Positions 50,616 to 62,365 of a DNA stretch of 64,000 nucleotides are shown piece after piece (the first letter of the stretch is position 1; each line of letters begins with the position of its first letter). The position numbers were made by a program, and so were the translations under genes. Under the pieces are notes generated by a model that made no database searches, was not told where the DNA came from, and saw only the letters and a program-made list of their open reading frames with translations. The DNA comes from Octopus bimaculoides (Eukaryota): assembly GCF_001194135.2 (NCBI RefSeq), contig NC_068982.1, positions 164,606,313-164,670,312 of the forward strand, given 5' to 3'.

Positions 50616-51049
50616 CAGGGGTTGGAAACACTTAGCTTCATAACATCATAATTTTGAAATATCTGTAAAACCGTCAAAGCTTTGCTTATTTTTATGTGTT
50701 TCGATTTATTATTAGTGTTGCTTAATATGTTTTGCTAAACTTGCTGTTTCTTTTCAGATATCATCAGAAAAAGGTAATTAAAATTCATTAGAATGACAGA
50801 TCTATCGAACTTTCAAAGAGGTCAAATTGTTGGTGCTCGTATGGCTGGTGCTAGCGTAACGAAAACAGCTGAAATGTTTGGTGTATCAAGAAATACTGTC
50901 TCGAAAGAAATCATAGCCTTTGAGAAAGAGCTAAAACCTTCTCGCCGAAACTAAACTCCGGAAGAAAACCCAAACTTTCAGATAGGGACGATCAGATTCT
51001 TACGCGAATTGTTAGAAAAGATCACAAAAGTACAGCTTCCAAAATTACT
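50616..51049 (+). mobile_element. Tc1-family transposon, 5' part (TIR + N-terminal HTH)
   Basis: TA (50614-15) then caggggttgg TIR start. From ATG 50793: MTDLSNFQRGQIVGARMAGASVTKTAEMFGVSRNTVSK...SGRKPKLSDRDDQILTRIVRKDHKSTASKIT, the typical Tc1 paired-like HTH with GRKPKLS motif. Truncated before the DDE domain. Confidence 0.9.
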
Positions 51050-51055
51050 TTCATA

Positions 51056-51830
51056 TACCACCAAACAGATAACAGCACCTTATGTAGGTGAAGACCTTCT
51101 TTAGCCTGGGGTGCCGGTGTTTCTCCCGTTCTACCCACTGTTTTCAGCGCTTGACATATTTAGAGAGAATCCATTTCTCGTCACCAGTTACTATTCGGTC
51201 AAAGACAGGATCATTTATAAGACGTGACAGGAAAGAAGAGCACACATTCACTCACAGCGCGCGGTTAGGCTCGGAAAGTTTGTGAGGAACTCATTGACCC
51301 AATTTGCTAACTTTTCCGATGGCACGCAAGCGTCGATGAATGGTTGAATGACCAAATCCAAGCTTCTGTGCTAATTCCTCAACAGTTACGATAGGATTTT
51401 CTTCAACCAGGGTTTGCAGGACGTCCTCGTCGAGCTCTACAGATCTTCGAGGACGAGGCTCGTCTTCTAGGCTGTAGTTTCCGGCTCGGAATTTCTGGAA
51501 CCATCGTTTACATTGGCTTACGCTTATTGTCCGATCCCCATATACTGCATTGATATTCCTCGCAGTATCCGTTGCGTTCTTGCCTTTATTGAACTAATAA
51601 AGCAAATTATGCCGAATATACCGAATATGCCCCTTTGTCACTTTCATTATAACTTTGAAAAAATAACTACTAAAATCGAACTGCACTCTTCAAAACTTGC
51701 ACTAAGAATAAGTACAAGGTAAAATTACTATCTGCTTTTATAGCAAGTTCATGCGGGTAGTTTATCCCTTCCCCCTTCAACTTTAATTCATGCAATTGAA
51801 AAAAACCTCATTATTTATGGGATGACCCAA
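51056..51830 (-). mobile_element. mariner-family transposon, 5' part (TIR + HTH + first catalytic Asp)
   Basis: TA (51831-32) then TIR ttgggtcatcccataaataatgag. Translation LLY*FNKGKNATDTARNINAVYGDRTISVSQCKRWFQKFRAGNYSLEDEPRPRRSVELDEDVLQTLVEENP...KLGQWVPHKLS...DRIVTGDEKWI...KEGLHLHKVLLSVW has the WVPHEL and TGDEKW mariner motifs. Confidence 0.92.
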
Positions 51831-52663
51831 TACATGTACTCTTTTACAGTCTCGCATATGCACATACTCACACATATACACACATACATATACGTGCGAA
51901 CTAGTACGTTCCCTTGCCGTTAAGATCCAAAACTGTCTCACACTTCCGCTTAGANNNNNNNNNNNNNNNNNNNNNNNNNNNNNNNNNNNNNNNNNNNNNN
52001 NNNNNNNNNNNNNNNNNNNNNNNNNNNNNNNNNNNNNNNNNNNNNNNNNNNNNNNNNNNNNNNNNNNNNNNNNNNNNNNNNNNNNNNNNNNNNNNNNNNN
52101 NNNNNNNNNNNNNNNNNNNNNNNNNNNNNNNNNNNNNNNNNNNNNNNNNNNNNNNNNNNNNNNNNNNNNNNNNNNNNNNNNNNNNNNNNNNNNNNNNNNN
52201 NNNNNNNNNNNNNNNNNNNNNNNNNNNNNNNNNNNNNNNNNNNNNNNNNNNNNNNNNNNNNNNNNNNNNNNNNNNNNNNNNNNNNNNNNNNNNNNNNNNN
52301 NNNNNNNNNNNNNNNNNNNNNNNNNNNNNNNNNNNNNNNNNNNNNNNNNNNNNNNNNNNNNNNNNNNNNNNNNNNNNNNNNNNNNNNNNNNNNNNNNNNN
52401 NNNNNNNNNNNNNNNNNNNNNNNNNNNNNNNNNNNNNNNNNNNNNNNNNNNNNNNNNNNNNNNNNNNNNNNNNNNNNNNNNNNNNNNNNNNNNNNNNNNN
52501 NNNNNNNNNNNNNNNNNNNNNNNNNNNNNNNNNNNNNNNNNNNNNNNNNNNNNNNNNNNNNNNNNNNNNNNNNNNNNNNNNNNNNNNNNNNNNNNNNNNN
52601 NNNNNNNNNNNNNNNNNNNNNNNNNNNNNNNNNNNNNNNNNNNNNNNNNNNNNNNNNNNNNNN

Positions 52664-52694
<31 letters not shown>

Positions 52695-53316
52695 TACATG
52701 CGTGTATGTGTGTGTGTCTGTTTGTGCGCGTGTGCATACATATGTATATTAATGCGTGTGAATGGATTTATGTACCTGTATGTTGTAAAAGTCTAAGTTC
52801 ACGCAAACTCTCATGAAATATTTTCATATATATACTTTGTGGTTGTTTTTTAAAAACATATACGTGTATATGTGTGAGCGTGTGTGTATGTATCCGTGTG
52901 TGTATGTATGTGCGTGCGTTTGTAATCCCCTATTTTAGTATGTGCATTTGTTATTTTATTTCAAATTTTTTACATTGAAATTTAACATTGCTGCAGTTCG
53001 AATCATTGTTACTAAGTTACGCTTTCGATTTGGGAGTTATGTTTGGTAGCAATTACACAAAAAATAATGAAAATGTAATACAATTTTTCAATTCCCAGTA
53101 TGAAATACTATCAAACTTTTGCTATATATTTAAAGATTATAAAACAGAAAGTGAAAGCACTTTTTCTTCAACAAAAATTTTATTTTTTTTCCTACGAGTC
53201 AACTCTGGGACTTTCTTCACGAATATATGCTAAAATTAGTCTTAAGCCAATGCTTCATGCACGAAACTCTTTTGCAATATGTAATTATATTTTATCACAG
53301 TAGCAAAAGTATTGAC

Positions 53317-53347
<31 letters not shown>

Positions 53348-53504
53348 AAAAAAAAACTTGAGGAAAAAGATTACAACTGTTTGAAAAGAGTAAGATAATT
53401 CCACAAACATATCGATATTAAAAGAAATTTCAATAATAATGCTGAGAAAATTTGGCACAAGACATCAAATTTCTTTATAGGAGGATAGACTATTATATTA
53501 ACCA

Positions 53505-53800
53505 CGGGGAAGGAAGGTAAAATTGGTTTCGGCAGAATTTGAAATCAGACCGTAAACAGTCGGAAGAGATTCCACTAAGCTGTTTGTCCGGAGTGCCAAC
53601 AACTAGCATAACATCGCCTTAACGACGAAAACAACAAGAGAAATAATCCTTTCTACTATAGGCACAACGCCTGAAATTTGGGTGAGGAGGTTTAGTCGAT
53701 TACATCGTACTCCATACCTGACTGGGACTTATTTTATTAACCCCGAAAGAATGAAAGGTAAAATCGACCACATTTGAAAGCAGAATCTAAAGTTGGAAGA
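53505..53800 (-). mobile_element. Two adjacent degenerate SINE fragments of the 1135 family (53505-53620 head; 53643-53800 body/tail)
   Basis: ggcagaatttgaaatcagaccgtaaacagtcggaagagattccactaagc...catcgcctt and tttctactataggcacaacgcctgaaatttggg...ccccgaaagaatgaaagg are reverse complements of segments of 61423-61638. Confidence 0.75.
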
Positions 53801-53899
53801 GATGATGTCTCGATAAAAATATGGCAGTGACGCCTTATTATCACTTACGTCACTATGAAAGTAATGGATAAAAGGATTAATACAAACAACGGCGTAAAT

Positions 53900-54731
53900 G
53901 AGAACGGAACATCAGGTGACGGATTCTCATCCGGCAGATGTCCTGTGGGTGAGCAGGAGAGGCCTAGTCGTCATTATACAACTGCTAGAATGATATAGTC
54001 TGTAGTGATGAATATAGATGTCATATTTTTGAGCAGACCTGTTGACACTGATGGAAAGCCTTATAAGAGGATATAAAAAGAGAATGCACGGAAACGAGAT
54101 GGCAACGCAGGATTTGGATATTACGTAAGAGGAAATATGCTCAGGCAAGGATATTAAGGAATAACGGATAGTTAGCCGCATAGGAACATGATAAGAGTGT
54201 GGCAATGGAAAACACAGTGAATGAAGATGTAGTATTTACAGAGAATATCAACGAGGCTGTATTAAATGAAAGTTTTCTGGAGAATGCTGAATACTGGATG
54301 AAAGATTTCCCTGCATTACACGAAAAAATAACTGCAAAAGTATGAAATTATTTTGAGAGGACATTTAAATGGTGCAAGCATAAACCAAAAGGCGTAGCCG
54401 AGAATAATGTATGCAACATCTTGAGGGATTTTATAATCCAGTATGATCCATTGTTGTAGATGATAAAATGATGAAGTAAACCAAGTTCATAGATACTGCC
54501 GTACCTGGGGACGTATGAATGGATAATAAAGAACTGAAAAAGACTGAAATGAGTTTGCACGAATATGGCAAACGAAGACAAAGTAACTCACATCCCAGTA
54601 GTCGTAGAGCATTAACAACCAGGTTTGAGAAATTTGGAGGAGGAAATGGAATAGACATGAGGGTAGAACATGCTCAGAAATCTGCTTTATTGGGGACACT
54701 GAGGATTTTCGGATTCGTACTTATATGTTAA
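53900..54731 (+). mobile_element. Telescoped R4/Dong-type element (N-terminus to RLE C-terminus in ~830 bp)
   Basis: In order: SSGRCPVGEQERPSRH..., IRGYKKRMH, YWMKDFPALHEKI, WCKHKPKGVAENNVCNIL.DF.IQYD, and VIPVVV.ALTTRFEKFG..IGIDMRVEHAQKSALLGTLRI (RLE end). Confidence 0.75.
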
Positions 54732-55949
54732 ATATCAATTTACAGTAGCGTTTTACGTTAAAACAGAATGTAAATATTGTAAAAATGAATAACTCAATAC
54801 AGTGCACACCTAAAACGTTCAATGAACGACTCCGTGTGAAAGAAAGTTCAAATACGGATATTCTTTTATTATATTTGCAAATAACCTAGAAGTATGAGCG
54901 TTACGTTAAAAGTATACCTCTCCATGGAATTCCAAGACACAAGTTCATGAAATGAATTAATAGTCCGGCTAAACGAAAATCTTGCACCTCATGGTGTTGA
55001 TTACATAGATCGAAAGATTGTTATGTAATTGTCATACTGCAGCCACTTCACAGAAATATGCACAAGAAGTTTCTGACAGTTTTCCAATTCTATATTTTCT
55101 GTTTTCCGTTTAACTATTCCATCTGTGAACCGTTGCAAGCTATTTGATCACCTTACATGATTTTATGAAAGGAAATTCAAATTTTGGACGCGGTTTATAA
55201 TCAACTGTTCAGGTAAGAAATTTTAGAATTTTCTCTTTCTCCTTTTCTCGTCTTTTTTTCACTCATTTTTCTTTTGGTTTTTCTTTCTTTCATTATCTCT
55301 CTATCTTTTTCTGTATTTTTTGACATTGTAGTATTTGAACGGAGATGATATTCTATGAATGGCTTAAGGTGCACTCATGTAATAGAATTTAATTACACCG
55401 CTACTTTACATATTTCTATATATAAAAATTAACATTTTGTTCTTTTTAATCTATCTATACATTCAAATCTATCTTTATGTATGCAGCCAATCTCACATTC
55501 TTTTAGGTATTTGGTTTCGTTTCCTGTATATTCTCATTTTAAAGTTTAGCACTTTCATTGTTCAGCTTTTATTGCCTAGTCTTATATTAATTCCTCAGAT
55601 ATCTGTGAGTGGAAAAAGATCAGGGCTTTCCATTGCTTGTATTCACGATGCCTTCAGCATGCTAGAGCAAATGTGTGCTAAGTAGGGCAGGAACAAAATA
55701 TCTCATATTTACAGTTTCAAATTCTTTGAGGTAGTTACTCGGGCTGAATGACAAAATACTACAAAGTAAAACTCTGCTTATTCTACAGATAAGTAATCAT
55801 CAAAAGCTGAACCAGAACAATGTAAGTATCAATATAATTAATGTGAATAGGAAAAATATTTAAGAATACAAAATCTAAGGATGGACATTTTGATTATGGT
55901 AACAAAATAATCGACTTTTTATATTTTTATGAACCAATCAATAGTAGAC

Positions 55950-58100
55950 CCTTTTAAGACATAATAGCAACTACAATACAAAAGAAAAACACCAGCCTGG
56001 CCAGCTAAGACTTAGAGAAAATAGATGCAATCATCCTTATCAAGCAAATAAACGAAATAATCTATAGAACACAATGGTTACTAAGAAAAGCAGATATTTG
56101 TCATACAGGAATATCAAAACCCAGTTAAACAACGCGAAATCAAATAGATAAAAAGATATAAAAAAGGAAAATGAATCTCTTAATCATTTATGAAATCCCA
56201 AAAGAAAAGAAAGGTAAAATTAGAAATTGTGATAATACTGTAGAAGCATAACAAAGAAAATGTAGTACCCGAAATCAAAGAACGTTTGAAACAAAAGATG
56301 ATTTCTAAATTGTAAAAGATTTCTCATTATTAAAAGCGACAATTCTTTGAGCAGAACAAATAGTACGACTCCACACCAACGCGATTGTACTATGACGTAA
56401 ATCAATGCTATGCCAACAGCAAGCTAAGTAGAATAATTTTATGGGTAATTATGGATATCAAAGTGATTACTCTAAGCGAGATTGTTGAAAACATAAATTT
56501 CAATATCTAAAAAATCTAAGCAGATAATAGCAAGAGAGGGTGTAGCTCAGACACAATGTTTCAAAAAAAGAATAGCTCCCAGGTCACTGCAGGAAGTGGT
56601 AAATTTCAAAATCACTGAATGAAATACTTAACATAGACTCATAAAGAGCTTGCCCCATATCAATTGTTTCCTATAAAAAGCAACAAATATTCGCGGTTAT
56701 GTTCTAAGGTTGAGGTCAGGAAGTGTTTGTACACGTGAGATTTGCCGGCATTGACATACTACGCAGCTATGGGTCATGTTGCAGGTCAATGAACGAAGGT
56801 GGGAAAGATTTCCAGTGAATTAACGTCTGTGAAGAGAAATGATGAAGAAGATGAGTGGTAGGTCTACAGGTAAGATTACTGCATGCGTAGCACAAGAAAG
56901 ACAAAGGGCCTGGTTGGTAAGATCAGCTATTAGCTGTATGCAACTAGGTAATACTGTCGAGTAAAGAACATTGTAGTAGTGTTAGAAGAAGAGGAGTGAC
57001 CATAAAATGCGGTTTTGATCTAACAGTTGCCCGATGGATGCTGGTGAGTTAGTCCTTCTCGAACAGTAAGTACCTAAGAGGCGGGGGTTTACCCTTTGCT
57101 ACCTTTATAATACAGAGTCCTGTGAGCCATAATATCACAAATATATACATTATCGGCTGAAAATAATAGAAAGTTCACAGAATAAATGCGAGGAAAACTG
57201 ATATGGTTGTAGAAATCAATGACCGATGAACAAGGTCATAATCGAAGACTGAATCTGGGGATGGCATGGATTGATTGCATGAAGGCTATTTCAATTACTG
57301 GAAATAGTAGACATAGGTGATGTGACAACAATACTCAACAAACAAAATATCTCAAGAATTAATGATAATCATGTAAATAGAAAAATAAAAGAAATTATAA
57401 ACCCAAGTCTTATTCAGATTCCAAGGAGACTGGCATTAGGTACTGTCTCTCTACTCTGGGTTAACATTTTTTAACAAACATGCTAAACCAGACAGGACTC
57501 GAATGCAAATGCTCTGAGAGAATGACGGATAATTAATCATCCTTTGTATATTGATTACTTCAAGCTGTACGTTGAAGATGGTAACGAACTGGAAACAATG
57601 TTATATACAGTACATGAATTCAGTGGAGAAATTTGACATGAAATTCAGTTTAGTGAGTGTGTCAATACAACTTTGAAGAGAAGAAAATTAATAAACACTA
57701 TTTTCATCATGTAAGATAAAGGAACAAAGATAAAAGTATTAGACCAAATACAGACATACAAATACTTAAGAATTAATGCACTAGACAGTGAACAACATAG
57801 ACACATGAGAAGCTAGGTTATAAAACAATATGTAGACGCATTAGAGTACTACTTTAAACAGAGCCAAACTCCAAACATAACATAATCAGCAACATTACAG
57901 TACGTGTACGAGTAATGTTAGAGTTATAATCTTCTGAACAGAAGCTGAATAAATTAGCAATGCTAGACACGAAAAGAGGTAAAATAATTACGGAATTTAG
58001 AAGACAACAAACAACCACTAATAGTAACATATATTATTTACCAAATACAGAAACGTGGGTAGGGTTCTTTCTATATTTATAAAATTAGTATACAATATCG
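55950..58100 (+). mobile_element. Long decayed R4/Dong-type element interrupted by another LINE fragment
   Basis: EIKERLKQKMISKL*KISHY*KRQFFEQNK (~56270-56365), INHPLYIDYFKLYVEDGNELETMLYTVHEFSGEI (RT YMDD region, ~57530-57640), TYKYLRI, and LDTKRGKII...YYLP. Confidence 0.7.
56700..57080 (-). mobile_element. Possible L2/Crack-like LINE 3' remnant nested in the Dong element
   Basis: LFF*HYYNVLYS...THAVILP...SLHRR*FTGNLS (cf. LFYRYY.G.CS...H.V.LP...SFFPRT..LWNSLP). Confidence 0.35.
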
Positions 58101-59039
58101 ATTGAAATTAGTATACAATAGTATACAATTAGTGTAAAATGAGACTAAATGAATGTCAATTAATCGAGAAGAAATTTAGACAGCTCACAGTCTCTCTCGG
58201 CTGATAACAACAATAATTGTCCTTATGGAATAGTTACTTGTGTAGAAAGTGGATATTTCACAGGTTTCTATGCTGAGATGTTATTCGGCTGTTTGATCTC
58301 TTCATATCTAAACGTATCTGTTTTCGCTTTGGATGTAGTAGGTTTTTTTTTCCACCTGTAAGCAGAGCTTTAGTAATCTAGTCTTTTCCATTCGTTGAAC
58401 ATAAGTAAGCTAGAAGAGATTTTGCTGCAGTATTGTCTTCTCTAGGATAATGCTTTTCCAAGCCTTGTCTTTCCATACGAAGACAATAATCTGTTACAGA
58501 TCTTTTACCATGCAGGCATGCATATATTGGTACCTATTTGCAGTATACGGTTGATATTTCAATTTGTAAAGTAAGCCAATAATCGGTATACTTTATTTCA
58601 CTTGAAGAAAGAGATTGTTGCCCCACAGTTGTTCCATCAACTTTGCAGCTACCGAGCTGAGTTTTCATATCCTGTGATTTAGTTAGATACTGAGGCTATC
58701 ATCAATACCTGATTTACTAACCATATGGGTAAGTTGGTTTACATACAGCAACATCTGACCCTCTGGATTTGACTATTGAAAAGAAAAGAAAACAGTTTCT
58801 TGCTTATGGATACTAATATTTGAACAAAACGTTGCAGGTGCACTCCCAACAAGAAATAACAGATTGTCCAATAACTATGATATAGAAAAAGACAACAGAA
58901 GAAACTATTTTCTATATCCAAATATAAGCAAATTGAAAGTTGTATTAGATTAGATGTTGCTGATTATGTTATGTTTGGAATTTGGCTCTGTTTAAAGTAA
59001 TACTCTAATATTACTTAGATCCCGTGACGAAAGCGCATC

Positions 59040-59960
59040 TATGTAATGCTCATCTATGTAATAAAGACAGAGTAAAACTAGAAGCTTTATTTAGCACTAC
59101 AATTGTTTCGACTGCCTCCTGCAACTGTTATGCTGGGAATAGCGGCAGACTCTAAGGTTCTGTGTAACATGAGTGTTTTTTTTTTCAAATTTGATTTAGT
59201 ATTTGGTCAGGGTGGTGGAGGTAGTTGTAGTAGCGTTCATTAGCGATTGGTACAATTTGGTGGTAGCGACTGTTGTGAGTAGGAATTGAGCATCTAGTCC
59301 CTGGTAAATGAGTGAATTTGCAATCAGTGTCAGTGCACAATCTCTTGCGTAGTGAATAGCGGCATATTTTGGGGTTTCGTGTGTAGGCTGTGAGAGGCAT
59401 ATATTTTAATATGTGTACATTTGTGTTTAGCAAATTCATTAAGGGGTCTTCAAGTAAGCATTTAGTTGGTTGATCAGAAATTGGGATAGTAAAGGTTGAA
59501 GCTGTGTCTGTTGATTTTTTTGAGGTGGTTGTTGTAGCTGTAGTTGTTGATGTTGTTGTTGTGATTCTTGTTGCTGTGATTGTTGCTGCTGTTGAAGATT
59601 TGATGGGTAGGTATCAAACTCTGGTTGAATGGGCTGTGAACAGCTGGAATCTGAGAAGCTGACGGTTTCATTAAGTAGGTCATCAATTGTGGTTTAAGTA
59701 AGGAGTTTTAAAGGTTGAGGCTGGGTCAGTTGTTCCTACTGTGGTCGATGTTGTTGTTGTGGTGGTGATTATTGCTGCTTTTGCTGAGGTGGTCGTTGTT
59801 GTTGCTGTGATGGTTGTTGTTGTTGCTCTGGTGGCTGTTGTTATTGCCGATGTGGTTGCTATTGCTGCTGTGTATATTTATAAAGTAACAAATAACGGAG
59901 AAGCAATTATATCTGACAGTAAATGATAAAAATGTTACATAAACAATTGGTTTCAGGGGT
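59040..59960 (-). mobile_element. Probable LINE ORF1 remnant with Asn/Gln/Thr-rich low-complexity region and a CCCH-type zinc-finger motif
   Basis: ORF 59185..59439 contains PKICRYSLRKRLCTDTDCKFTHLPGTR (C-x8-C-x4-C-x3-H). The upstream (AAC)-rich degenerate tract 59500-59870 is frameshifted. TE origin is inferred. Confidence 0.4.
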
Positions 59961-60249
59961 TCAGCAGCTGGTGAAGATGATAATGTGTAAATACATACAA
60001 GCATACATACTGATGTAATAATACACAGAAATAGTTACCAACACTCAAAAATCATACCTTAAGCTGGAGGCGTCGAAGCACCATTCTTTTTCTTCAGAAG
60101 AAGGAGTAGCAAAATGCAAATTTTGTTGGAGTAAACCAAAGAACAGACTTTTATATATATAAAAATGAGAAAGTGTGTTGAGGTACAACGGGTTTGTCCC
60201 ACAAAGCGTTTCTGGTTACTTTTGTGTATCCCCACATGTAAATATATAT

Positions 60250-60880
60250 ACAACTCAATATCCACGAACTCAGACATCCCAAATTAAAGAAGCATTTACA
60301 ACCAAAAGCCCTTCCATACATCTCCACACACAACCCTCTTAACAATGAAGCCTTCGGCACCATCCTTCAGAACATTCTGTGGTCCTTTAAAAGGAACACA
60401 GAATGAACTTAATCCTCCAAACAAAGACCATCATAAAAAGCAAGAGACAGCCCAAATCTATGAAAAGTCTCCTAACACAAGCCCGAATACGCTCAACAAC
60501 ACAGAAGCTGTCAGTAACAAAATACGGAAGACCCAACTTTGGGATATACGTCAATTTAATTGAGGGATCAGAGTTCTCCTTCAAACAGGGACAACGTTTC
60601 ACAGTGAAAAGCAACTTCACATGTGCTTCGGAGAACCTGATATACGCACTAACCTGCTCTGAGTGTTAAGAGCAAAAGATAGGCCAAACAAAAAACAGTC
60701 TACGTCAAAGGATGGTTCAGCACAGATCCTAGATCAAAATTCCGAAAAACAGAAAAATAGCATTCAGCCAACACTTCGACATTTGCGCCTATAACAAAAA
60801 AACCCAGCTTTAGAATTTTTTTCCCCTCTACCAATTCAGGGATGATACAACCTCTAGCCAACGAATTAGTTTCAATGACT
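60250..60880 (+). mobile_element. Penelope-like element remnant (RT-EN linker + GIY-YIG endonuclease)
   Basis: ALPYISTHNPLNNEAFGTILQN, IIKSKRQPKSMKSLLTQAR, FTVKSNFTCASENLIYALTCSEC*EQKIGQTKNSLRQRM..HR (GIY-YIG with flanking Cys). Confidence 0.85.
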
Positions 60881-61422
60881 GAAACCGGTACTAGAATGTT
60901 TTTCATGGTAAAATTATTTTCGCATTTNNNNNNNNNNNNNNNNNNNNNNNNNNNNNNNNNNNNNNNNNNNNNNNNNNNNNNNNNNNNNNNNNNNNNNNNN
61001 NNNNNNNNNNNNNNNNNNNNNNNNNNNNNNNNNNNNNNNNNNNNNNNNNNNNNNNNNNNNNNNNNNNNNNNNNNNNNNNNNNNNNNNNNNNNNNNNNNNN
61101 NNNNNNNNNNNNNNNNNNNNNNNNNNNNNNNNNNNNNNNNNNNNNNNNNNNNNNNNNNNNNNNNNNNNNNNNNNNNNNNNNNNNNNNNNNNNNNNNNNNN
61201 NNNNNNNNNNNNNNNNNNNNNNNNNNNNNNNNNNNNNNNNNNNNNNNNNNNNNNNNNNNNNNNNNNNNNNNNNNNNNNNNNNNNNNNNNNNNNNNNNNNN
61301 NNNNNNNNNNNNNNNNNNNNNNNNNNNNNNNNNNNNNNNNNNNNNNNNNNNNNNNNNNNNNNNNNNNNNNNATAAAATCTGAACAACTGATTCTGTATTC
61401 ATATAATTTACATTTGGAAGTT

Positions 61423-61638
61423 AAGGCGGCGTGCTGGCAGAAACATTAGCACGACGGGAGAAATGCTTAGCGGTATTCCGTCTGTCTTTACGTTCTGAAA
61501 TTAAATTCCACCGAGGTCACTTTGCCTCTCATCCTTTCGGGGCCGATAAATTAAGTACCAGTTGCGTACTGGAATCGATCTAATCGACTGGCCCCCTCCC
61601 CCAAAATTTCGGGCCTTGTAGCTAGAGTAGAAAAGAAT
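61423..61638 (+). mobile_element. Full-length tRNA-derived SINE (1135 family, alternative tail)
   Basis: aaggcggcgtgctggcagaaacattagcacg...cctttcggggccgataaattaagtaccagttgcgtactgg...ccccaaaatttcgggccttgtagctagagtagaaaagaat. Confidence 0.9.
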
Positions 61639-62159
61639 TTACACTAGTATATTTTACCAAGAAAGCCAAAGTTTATATGAGAAAATTAAGTGTCGGAAGA
61701 TGGAAACTCTTGAAAGCAAGTATATTTGAATGCTGTTGATCGGATAAAACAATAAATTCGAATCATTAAAGATGAAAAATCATAGGGGAATACATAAATT
61801 TTCATGGTCGCACAACAGCAAGCAATTAAAACAAAATTGGATAAAGCAACAACCCGACAAATGAAAGAATTGCATCAAGTAGAGGATTGAAGAGAAAGTC
61901 GATGAAAGAGATGCATCTCGTTTGTGATTACAGAACTGCAACTCGCAATTGTCGTAATAAGGACAAAAAATCACAAACAAAAATGAAGTAGTAAACGAGT
62001 TTTCAATGTAAACTACATTTGAAATTTTACCTCTCTCTCCATGATTAGCCCCGTGACTGTATGATTGATTATAATCCGTATTCGAACAACACCCAGCTTG
62101 GTATATTGGTGACATTCATCCTACATTTCAAATTAATTTGGTGCAAGGTTAATTATGCA

Positions 62160-62365
62160 TTCTTATATCTTTATCTTTTATTTTTTACTTGTTTCAGTCA
62201 GTAGATGGCGGCCATGCTGGGGCACCACCTTAAAGGATTTATAATAGAATAAATCGATCCCAGCACTTATTTTCTCGGTTTCTTTGGCCGAACTGCTAAA
62301 TAAGGGGGACGTATACACATCAACACCGGTTGACTAGCAGTGGAGTGAGAAAACACAGATACAAA
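62160..62365 (-). mobile_element. 3' half of a CORE-type SINE
   Basis: tttatctttatttttttacttgtttcagtcagtagatggcggccatgctggggcaccacc...ttggccgaactgctaa...ggggacgta is the reverse complement of the 23330-23530 segment. Confidence 0.8.

Noticed and set aside
50758-50773. 16-nt micro-exon (ttttcag|atatcatcagaaaaag|gtaatt)
   Set aside because: It lies inside the Tc1 5' untranslated region and cannot be linked to a host gene.
1135-61638. tRNA-like A/B-box sequences as tRNA genes
   Set aside because: No cloverleaf is recoverable, and each continues into a shared SINE body and tail, so they are SINE heads.
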